Positions 54,253 to 64,000 of a DNA stretch of 64,000 bases are shown here, piece after piece; within the stretch, counting starts at the first letter, position 1, and each line of letters starts with the position of its first letter. The stretch covers positions 293,942,001 through 294,006,000 of the forward strand of contig OZ024741.1 of NCBI GenBank assembly GCA_964016885.1, read 5' to 3'. Below the pieces are notes generated by a model, which did no database searches, was not told the DNA's origin, and saw only the letters and a list, made by a program, of their open reading frames with translations. This DNA is from Eledone cirrhosa (lineage: Eukaryota). A program made the translations under genes and the position numbers.

Positions 54253-55958
54253 ATCATCATCATCATCACCGTTTTACGTCCGTTCTTCCATGCTAGCATG
54301 GGTTAGACGGGTTGTCCTGTTGTGGGCAGTGTCTGGTCGGCTGACCATGACTTGCTCATACAGGAACTGATTTTGGCTTGCTTTCTACAGCTGGATGTCC
54401 TTCCTAACACCCACCTCAGTGAGTGCTGGGTGCTTTTTTCCATGGCGCCTACACGTCCACTTTACAGTGTGGGCTGGGTGCTTTTTTGCCGTGGCACCTC
54501 CACGACCACTTTGTATTGGGAGGGTGTGAGGGCATATTGTCTATATGCTTCAGCTTGTACGCATGGGAGGTCGGGTACTCTGCATTACTGCATGACGCCA
54601 GAGGTCACGGTTGTGTGTCATCGCATTTGAGAGGTGTAATTGGGTAAGGTCGGCTTTTATCACCTCATCCCAGGTCTTCTTGGGTCTCCCCACTCCATGG
54701 TTTCCAATGACTTCTAGTGCTCTCCACCTTTATATGCAGCTGTCATCCTTCATACGCATCACATGTCCATACCAACGCAACCGCCTCTCCTGCACACAGC
54801 ATTTGATTCCTCTTATGCTCAGTCTCTCTCTCAATTCATTATGCTTTGCCGTTCGCGTATATTACTATTACACATCCATCGGAGCATGCAGGCTTTGTTT
54901 CTTTTTAATCTACGTAAGTCTTCTACATTCAGCGTCCAGGTCTTACTACCATCTAACATTGCTCTTTGTATACACACATCATACAGTCTGCCTTTTATTT
55001 TTAGGGAAAAGCCTTTTGCAGCTAGCAGTGGCAGTAGTTCCCTGAACTTCTTCCATCCCGTTTTTACCCTAGTTATTGTACTTTCTGAACACCTACCTCC
55101 GCTGCTAATTCAGTCACCTAGATAGCAGAAGCTGTCTACTGTTTCTACAGAGTCCTCCCAGAGATTGGTGGTACTTGTTTCCTGTGGCTGTTTGCTGTCC
55201 CAGCACAGCTGTTACATGTGAAGCCTACATTCTTAATTAAGCTTCCTGAGATCCCACATCTCTTGTGTACCCATTGTTTGTATTTGGGGCAGAGAATGGA
55301 GTTCCTACCTACATCTTTCCTACATACTGAGCAAGGCCATTTCCCTGAGGGGATCTGGGTTCTGTTTTCTAGTCTAATTACAAGGACCTTAGTCTTTGTC
55401 AGGTTGACTTTGCGACTCTTTCTTTCTAGTCCCTGCTTCCAAGTTTGGAATTTCTTCTCTAGTTCTACCATAGATTCAGCTATAAGTGCGAGGTCATCTG
55501 CATACAGGAGTTCCCATGGGCATCTGGTCTTAAACTCCTCCGTTATTGCCTGCAGGACTATGATGAACAGGAGAGGGCTAAGAACAGAGCCCTGGTGGAC
55601 ACCAACCTGTATGTTAAATTCCTCGCTAATCCTAACTTTGCTGACTGCTCCCCTATACATGGCTTGTACAGCTTTCACAAGCCATTCATCTACTCCTAGT
55701 TTTCTAAGCGCCCACCAGATTATAGCACGTGGAACTCTGTCAAAGTCTTTCTCGAGCTCGACAAATGCCAGGTAGAGTGGCTTACTTTTAGCTAGGTACT
55801 TTTCCTGTAACTGCCTCATAAGGAAGAGGGCATCAGTGGTGCCTCTTCCTGGTACAAACCCAAATTGCATCTCATCTAGTTTCACCCGGTCCCTAATTAA
55901 CTGTGCTATAACTCTTTCTGTTACTTTCATGACCTGGTCCATCAGCTTTATACCTCTA
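54253..55958 (-). mobile_element. RTE subfamily B, 5'-truncated
   Basis: RT motifs in ORF 55145-56155 from RGIKL onward; 3'UTR and tail; (TA)n on both sides. Confidence 0.93.
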
Positions 55959-55971
55959 GATATATATATAC

Positions 55972-56002
<31 letters not shown>

Positions 56003-56019
56003 CATATATATATATATAC

Positions 56020-56050
<31 letters not shown>

Positions 56051-56087
56051 CATATATATATACATATATATATATGTACATATATAT

Positions 56088-56144
<57 letters not shown>

Positions 56145-56163
56145 TATATACACATATATATAC

Positions 56164-56207
<44 letters not shown>

Positions 56208-56286
56208 CATCCCACCCTTGAAAGCAGGGAAAATCGGACGTAAAATGATGATGATGATGATGATGATATATATATATATATATATG

Positions 56287-56318
<32 letters not shown>

Positions 56319-57199
56319 CGAGGTGTGTCAGAAAAGTTCCAGGACTGATGTCACAAAAGATTTATTTCAAACCCAAACTTCACACTAATAGTTTTCTCCT
56401 TCAAAGTAATCCCCCTGGAATATGTAACTGTAATCTTAGCTCTCTGCAGCCATCAAACTTTTTTCTTCATAATTTTATATACATGTCCTCTGTTTCAGGT
56501 CGTCAAGCAATGAGCACAGAGCAACGAACAAACTTGAAGTTTCTGGTACGGTTGGGGAAAACTCCATCAGAAGCACTGGGATTGCTGCAGCAAGTGTATG
56601 GAGATGAGACGATGTCACGCTCACGTGTTTTTGTGTGGTGCAAGATGACCCCAGGAGCGGAAGGCCCTCAACAACCAGGACTGAGGTCAACGTTGAGCGC
56701 GTCAGGCAGATGGTGCATAGCGATTGTTGGCTTACTGTTCGACTGATGGCAAATGAGCTGGGCATGAATTGGGACAGCGTCTGGAAGATTCTCACTAAAG
56801 ATTTAGACATGCGGAAAGTTTGCGTGAAGATGGTGCCAAAACTGCTGAACGAGGACCAGAGGGGTCGACGCATGCAAGTGTGCCAGGACATCCTAGAGCA
56901 TCTTGAAACCGAACCAGACTTGGACAGTCATCACTGGTGATGAGTCATGGATCTTTGAGTACGACCCGGAGGGGACCCGTTTTGAAGATGTGGATGACAT
57001 CAAAAAGGCCGTGATGACGGAACTGCAGAGGATCCCAGAAGAATCCTTCCAGGAGTGCATGCAAGCATGGCAGAAAAGGATGGAAAAGTGCATTAGACTC
57101 CAGGGGGATTACTTTCAAGGAGAAAACTCTTAGTGTGAAGTTTGGGTTTGAAATAAATCTTTTGTGACATCAATCCTGGAACTTTTCTGACACACCTCA
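56319..57199 (+). mobile_element. Mariner transposon, internally deleted, ~101-bp TIRs, TA flanks
   Basis: MSTEQRTNLKFLVRLGKTPSEA (HTH), DDPRSGRP, MVPKLL (WVPHEL-like), ITGDESW, C-terminal GDYFQG; TIRs 56319-56419 / 57099-57199. Confidence 0.92.
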
Positions 57200-57286
57200 T
57201 ACATATATATATATATGCATATCGTGCCACCCTTGCAAGCAGGGAAAAGCGGACGTAAAATGATGATGATGATGACGATGATGATG

Positions 57287-57352
<66 letters not shown>

Positions 57353-57379
57353 ATGATGATATATATATATATATATATA

Positions 57380-57512
57380 TAGATAAATCTACCAAAAGTT
57401 TACGGTAGTGTCCAATTCTAACACATATATGTCCTAGAAACGATCGCTAAATAATGAACTTTTTTTGTTTAATATAAGGAACTGTTTCATTGTTTTATTC
57501 ATTATTTTTTTA

Positions 57513-57520
<8 letters not shown>
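57380..57520. mobile_element. Rearranged copy of the 11231-11581 element
   Basis: 57380-57416 is the reverse complement of 11545-11580, followed by a direct match to 11338-11447. Confidence 0.8.
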
Positions 57521-57554
<34 letters not shown>

Positions 57555-58054
57555 CATTCGGACAAAATATAAATAAAGATAAAACGGTCATAATAATAAT
57601 GATAATAATAATAAATATTGTCATTCGTGTACATCAAGTTATGGAAAAATGATTTAATTATTGAAAATGAATTTTTTTTTTTTGTTAAATGTGTGAAAAG
57701 TTATTTCCTCTTACTCCAGCTGGAGTTGATGATATGATGATGATTGTGGTGGTGGTGGAGATGGTTGTCTTTATCATAGCTGTGGTGTTTGTGGTGTTGG
57801 GGAGGGTGATGTTGTTAATGATTGTAATGATAATGGTAGTGGTGGTAAGGGGGAGAATGAAGAAGATAACAGTGTTGCTAATATTGATGAGTATGTTTGT
57901 TGTGTTAATGATGATGACGATGGTGGAGACATTGTTGTTGCTGCTTAGCTCCATATTAGCATTGATCAAGTAGGTCTATGATGATATATTTTCTAGCCAA
58001 GACTTATCATGTCTTTTATTTTAATTCTCCAGACAGTTTATCACGCCCTACTAA

Positions 58055-58325
58055 ATGTGGAGGCACATGGCCTAATGATAGTCATGTTGGATTTATGATC
58101 ATTTGATTGCATGACTGAGTTGTGTTGTTTTCTTGAGCAAAACACTTCATTACATGTTGCCCCAGTATACTTAGCTGAAAATGAGTAGCAGCAATAGTTG
58201 GTGGTTTAACCCTGGAATGGACTGGCATTCTGTTCAGAAGGGAGTCTTGCACTCTCAGTCACTTCATACTTCAGAAACTGCAATCAGCACTGACCTGGTG
58301 TGTCTCCTGACTCAAGACAAACTTT
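58055..58325 (+). mobile_element. Diverged CORE-like SINE
   Basis: atggcctaatg head; cttgagcaaaacactt...cagtatacttagctg. Confidence 0.55.
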
Positions 58326-58974
58326 AGACGTTTTCCTACTAAAAGGCATGAAATCATAATGTAGAAGGGAAGTGAAACTATTTCTAGTAAGCATCCTTTT
58401 AAGGTTTTAATAAATTGCCAGTTCGGAGCAGTGGATTGGCAGAAATGTTTACATTTTGGATGAGATGCTTTACAGTGTTTGTTGTGATTCTTTGCCCTCT
58501 GACTATGAATGCCACTGCAGCCTATTTGGCTTGTGGGTTTAGCCCATTGGCTGGTTTAATGCCACCACTGTGTACATGGGTGATTTTAGACACATCCAAT
58601 CTCTTGCAAGCATTCAGACCAGGTTTCTAGTTTAAGGATATGGTCATCTCTATCTCTTTTCAACCAGTCTCAAAGTCCCGAAAAGAGCTATGGTCACTGC
58701 CCTTCCTTCTCTAACTAAACAGCAAAAACAAAGTTTTTCAATATGTCATACATCTCCATAGAACTTATTTGTATATAGGTGGACTGAATCAGCAAAAGCT
58801 AAGAGTAGTTTTAACATGATACTGACAATTACAATGAATAATGTATAAGTTTAATTGATTTTGTTAAATTTCCAGACAACTATTTAGCTCAGTTTTAGTG
58901 AATTTACTTAAATTGAAACATAATTATTTGAAATACATTATTTCACCTGAACACAATTGAAAATACCAGGTACC

Positions 58975-59400
58975 TAAAAGATTAAGTGAGTATATCAATG
59001 TTAAGGTGGTTACTAGTTACTGTTGAAGATGTGCTCTTGTATGACAGTGAGGCTTGGACATTCATGAAATGATCAGAAAAGATTCTTGATGGTTGATACA
59101 CAAGGATTCCACATATGGATCTTAATGTGGGGTCAGCAACATATGACACACAAATGCCTCCCAAAAGTAAATGAAAAGACCAGAGAACATCATCTCTGTC
59201 TATCAGGACATTGTTCACAACTTGCAAAAGAGCACCAAAATTCATCATGTGGGATACTCAACACAGAGTGGGAAAGTGTGGTGGATGTCATGTCACATAT
59301 TTACAACTTGAAGCAATATACTGGCATGGGATCTATCCAGGTACAGAAGGTGGCAATGATGGACAGAAAAGTATGGTGAAGGAACTTTGCCACCTTAGCC
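58975..59400 (+). pseudogene. Ancient RTE-like LINE C-terminal fossil of another lineage
   Basis: TVEDVLLYDSEAWTF..ILDG*YTR..QQHMT..LPKVNEKTREHHLCLSGHC..MMDRKVW across frameshifts. Confidence 0.65.
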
Positions 59401-60024
59401 TGAGCAAGGGACTAGCCCAAACTAAATAATCTATTCTTATATGGGTTATGTCTAAATAAAATTTAGGCAGAGCTGAGTGGTTAAGAAACTGCTTCACTAT
59501 ATTTATATACCATGTTTGATCTCACTCCACAGAATGTTGATTAAGTGTCATTAACATAGTCTCAAATTGATCAAAGACTTGTAAAATTAGGTAGATGGAG
59601 ATTGTGCAGAAGCCCCTCATATGAATTGTACCTGCAATTTGCATATTGTGTTACACTGATCCATTACATCAAAGCTGTACTTAACACATTAATTTAAAAA
59701 GTTGAATGTACCGTAGATCAAACATCTAAATACTGATTGTTGAAAGTGACAGAAGATCTAGCATATCTGAATAATAAATGTGATGGTCATGACTGGAACA
59801 TCTTAGATCATAAGTCTTCTTAAGTATATGTCTTATGGTATCTGATATTTCAATATTTCCTTGTGTCTCATTAAAATTATGGATTTATTCATTTCAAACT
59901 AATTTCCTTAGCTAAAAGGATGCCAATTACACAGGATGTTCTCGTTGAAATGTAATTTCAAAGTTGTAATCAGCTTGGTATGTAAATGAAGCCCATGAAG
60001 CCCATGCATTGTGTGTGTACATAC

Positions 60025-60290
60025 ATAGACTGACATGCACACATGAACAGACACATACAGAGACTGAGATGCACACACACACAGGCTGACATGCACACAC
60101 ACATAGAGACTGACATGCACGCACACACACACACACATAGACTGATATGCATGCATGCACACATACATGCACTCATACACACTCACATGCATGCACACAC
60201 AGAGTCTGACATGCATGCATACACACACACAAGCATGCAAACAGACATGCACACATATACATTCACTGACTGACATGCACACACACACAC
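60025..60290. repeat. Minisatellite (gactgacatgcacacacaca-like units)
   Basis: About 9 degenerate units. Confidence 0.75.
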
Positions 60291-61224
60291 AAATTAAGTT
60301 TCCCTCTCCTCCTCTTTCCACTCTCTCCTTTCTCCCCTCTCATCCTGTTTTCCTTTCTCACACTATATATATGAATATGTGTGTGATTGTATAAGTGTGT
60401 GTGTATAAACCTTACAAGTTGTCACCTTTAATACACACACATATATATATATATTGATATATACACACACAAATATATATATATAGATATAGATATATGA
60501 ATACAAAAATATATATGTGCATACACACACAGACAAATATATATATATATATATATATATATTCAGAGAGAGAAGACAAAGGGGAAAGAGATAACCATAC
60601 GTGTAGTTAATGAGTTTTATATTGAGTTTTAGTGTATAAACAATATGGCTTCCACCACCATATTGTGTTCGGTGTTCACTGTTTCTCAGGCTTAGTATCA
60701 ATATCAGGAATCTGTATTGAATAATACATTCTAACACACTAGTAAATACGAAATGATGGCTGATATTAAATCTTGTGACTGTTATTGTTTAGCCCTAAGA
60801 CAATCCTGATTCAACAAACCCTGGTGAACAAGCATTTTGGTGTCATAGATGTTAGTTCTGTTCTCACATATATTTAAGGTGCTGATTAAAAATATAACAT
60901 CATTTTTACCCAATCAGCTATACTATTGCACAGAAATTAGGGATGCAGCAACACCTTAGAATTGTTGTTCCTTAGATGTTAAATATATTCTCGGGGATAT
61001 TTATTGATGTAATAATATTAATGCTATCAATATGTTACATACCATTAAAACAATCATCTATTATTAAATCAGTTTATTTTAGTTCATATGTTCACAGTGT
61101 GCTGCATGAGAACCTGTAGTCATTATAACTTAAATAAACATACACCATATAAAATGATCAGGCATTCAACGTATAAGAAGCATCTTTTGTTGGACTTTTG
61201 AAAGTGTGATTTACCAGAATAGGT

Positions 61225-61700
61225 CTCATGAATATTCCAGCAGTAATTTGCTACCATATATGTATCCCACTTTGCCTCATACCTCTTTTTCTCTGTATTG
61301 AAGTCTTTCCCCTTGATCTTTGCTTAAATCATCAAACCTTTCTAGAAAGTGATTTAAGTAACTAGTGGTAATGAACCTTGATACTCACATTGCACCGAAG
61401 CTCATTAAAATTGTAGAGCATGTCCTCTATTAATTTAGAGTAGTTATCTGTCTTATGTTTATCAAGAACACGTTTGACATCTAGAACAAGACCATGTACA
61501 GGATTCAGTGTTTTCTGTTGAATCTATGTACTGTGCATTTTTTATAAACTTCTTTATATGGGAATCATAAAAGATCTCTGCTTGAAATTTTTCCTGGTCT
61601 ATAATAGAAGATACTTTTGAATAGAAGATACACAGTGGGACCGGATCCATTGCCACATGATTGTAAATCTAATTCCTTCATCACATAGCTATGCCTGTAC
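61225..61700 (-). pseudogene. Chapaev3-like (CMC superfamily) transposase fossil
   Basis: Across frameshifts: EKFQAEIFYDSHIKKFIK..HKTDNYSKLIEDML..LRCNVSIKVHY..DLSKDQGERLQ..KRYEAKWDTYMVANYCW, resembling my recollection of the motif GCNMSxKxHFLHSHLD..SDEQGERFHQ..RYQGRW..MADYCW. Confidence 0.7.
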
Positions 61701-61874
61701 CTATATATGCAATTTTCCTTATTAGAAAGTGATTCTGTCTGTGAAGTCATGTGTTTATGTATGTGTTTAAGGCAGGTAGTGGAAGAAAGAGAGAGAGAGA
61801 GAGAGAATAAGGAGTAATGAGTTCATCATTTGTATTATAGATAGAGAGTCATAGAGATAGATAGATATATGGTA

Positions 61875-62145
61875 ACATGACAAAAAGCGCCCTTCCCACA
61901 CTGTAAAATGGTTGTGATGGTGACAATGCAAAAAGCACCCAGTCCACACAGTAAAGTAGTCAAGTAGGCATCATGACAAAAAGCAACTAGTACTTACTGT
62001 AAATGAGGTTGGAACTAGGAAGAGGATCCTGCTGTAGAAACCAAGCCAAAATCAATTCTGTTTGAGCAAGACACAATAGGATAACTTGTCTAGCCCATGC
62101 CAGCATGGGAAAATGAATGTTAAACAGTGATGATGATTATGATGA
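61875..62145 (+). mobile_element. Diverged RTE 3'UTR with tandem units and tail
   Basis: Three aaaaagca..cactgtaaa units, gctgtagaaa block, cccatgccagcatgggaaaa..(TGA)n. Confidence 0.72.
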
Positions 62146-62651
62146 TATATATTTAATTTGTTTGGGAGATAGAGAGGGTGCAAGAAAAAGAAAGAAAATG
62201 AGAGTGAGTGAGACAGTGAATTTATAATTGTTGTTTGAAATACAGAGAGGATGAAAGATAGATAGAGAATAGGCAACAAAGAAAGTGAGTAGAAGTGACA
62301 CATTGAGCTAGTTTATAATTTGTGTTTGAAATAGAGAGAATAAAATTGAGATAAATAGATAAGGGTTAGTTAAAGACAGAAGGTCAAAGAAAGAGCTGGA
62401 ATATGGCAACAAAGCATGTGAGTGTGTGAGAGAGAGAGAGGGAGAGAGAGTAAAAGATAGAGAGGTTAAATCAACTAATGAGTGAAAGAGAGCATGAGAG
62501 AGAGAGAGAGTCAGTGAGTTCATCATTTGTTTCCATATTCTAATTACTTTGGATTAATCATCCATGTTATGAAAAATATGTTTTAGCTGTGAATGTATTG
62601 TATACAAAACAGATGTTAATTTCAGTTTCAAATAACTCTAGTGTTCATTTA

Positions 62652-62720
<69 letters not shown>

Positions 62721-62901
62721 AAGTTTATTATAGAAATGGCTTTTACAGGGCAAGAACAGTTTCATTCAATAGAAATCATCAGGAAATCTTCTCTGTAGAA
62801 GACATTTTTATATTAAACTTAATACTTACACTCTACTCATCTATTGAGGACCTTACTAATTGTGGTTGCCACCAATTGAATCCAGGACTCACATCTATGT
62901 G

Positions 62902-62959
<58 letters not shown>

Positions 62960-63270
62960 CATATATATGTAGCAATATACCCATTTAAGCCATGCTAGTT
63001 TGGAAAATAAACGCTAAACGATGATGATAAGTAGATGTGAAAAGGAAAAGGGAAATTGCATTGAAATGGGAAGAGAGCAAAAATATATTATTTATTTATG
63101 TTCATACACAGAACAAAAGTGCTGTCCAAGGTTTCAAGGCCCCTATTCAAAAGTAAAGCTTTTAACGGTATCTTATAAACTCATATAAGCACCTGAAGAG
63201 AGGTCACTAATTTGATGTCTCTTGTATTCTGGAGGTATGGTCAAATTTGGGCCTTGAAACTATGAACATA

Positions 63271-63329
<59 letters not shown>

Positions 63330-63679
63330 GTGTGTGTGTGTGTGTTCTTTTTGTCGTTGTCATCGTTGTTGTTGTTGTGTGTGTGTGTCTATGTGTAGAT
63401 GCATATATATGAATATATGGGCCTATGTGTTGCAAATTTATGTTTTTAGTGGGAAAAGTGTAGTTGAATCATAACAAAATGTATGCTCACACACACATAA
63501 AGACAGACACACACGTATCTGTGCATGTTGAGGGTATAAATAATACTTTTATTTCTGATTCTTAATTAACTCACATACAAATGCTTGATAAACATTTCTG
63601 GAGGAAAAAGCTACATGTGTCTGCCTGTTATACATTTATGTGTGTATTTTGTTTATATATGCCTCTTTCTCTCTCTCTT

Positions 63680-63720
<41 letters not shown>

Positions 63721-64000
63721 GGAATTTAGCTTCAAACATAGCTGTATATAGATATGTATTTGAATTTAGTATTTCTAAAGAAATACGATATGTTTATAAA
63801 TAAACATTTAGAAAGCCATAGCTATGAAAAACACTGGCAGCTAATGCCACCAAGCAGTGCTCAGCAGAAGCTAGGGGGATAATCGTTGATGCATTTCGAA
63901 CTTAACTGGTTCTCTTCTGCTCCTGCAACTGCTGGACTTTGAAAAAAGGTGAAAATATATAGTTTTTTTGCCTGTTTAAATGATATGATTAATCTCGTTT

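Noticed and set aside
57685-57973. Hydrophobic 94-aa ORF resembling a membrane protein
   Set aside because: Degenerate (GTG/ATG/TTG)n trinucleotide tract.
63131-63260. 12-bp inverted repeat with internal CTGAAGA and GAAAC
   Set aside because: No complementary stem I or valid stem III/NUH, so not called a hammerhead.

Overview
This is a repeat-dominated, AT-rich eukaryotic window with no host gene I can support. The repeat inventory (RTE LINEs with (TGA)n tails, tRNA-derived SINEs, very long (TA)n tracts) resembles a cephalopod/Octopus genome, which is an inference only. Contents: (i) many 5'-truncated RTE-clade LINE copies from three subfamilies (here A, B, C), several being chimeras or head-to-head fusions; (ii) at least six families of short non-coding inverted-repeat elements, mostly in (TA)n, several carrying type-I hammerhead ribozyme motifs with palindromic stem III, as in Penelope-like element pLTRs; (iii) two tRNA-derived SINE families; (iv) DNA transposons: a hAT-type MITE pair with 8-bp TSDs, an internally deleted mariner with ~101-bp TIRs, a Tc1/mariner MITE and a Chapaev3-like fossil; (v) micro- and minisatellites. 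Two signals stand out. One is a complete C4HC3 (PHD-type) finger inside the RT domain, conserved in all three RTE subfamilies. The other is a diverse set of hammerhead-bearing hairpin elements, some with very long stem II inserts. Coordinates were read by eye and may be off by a few bases.
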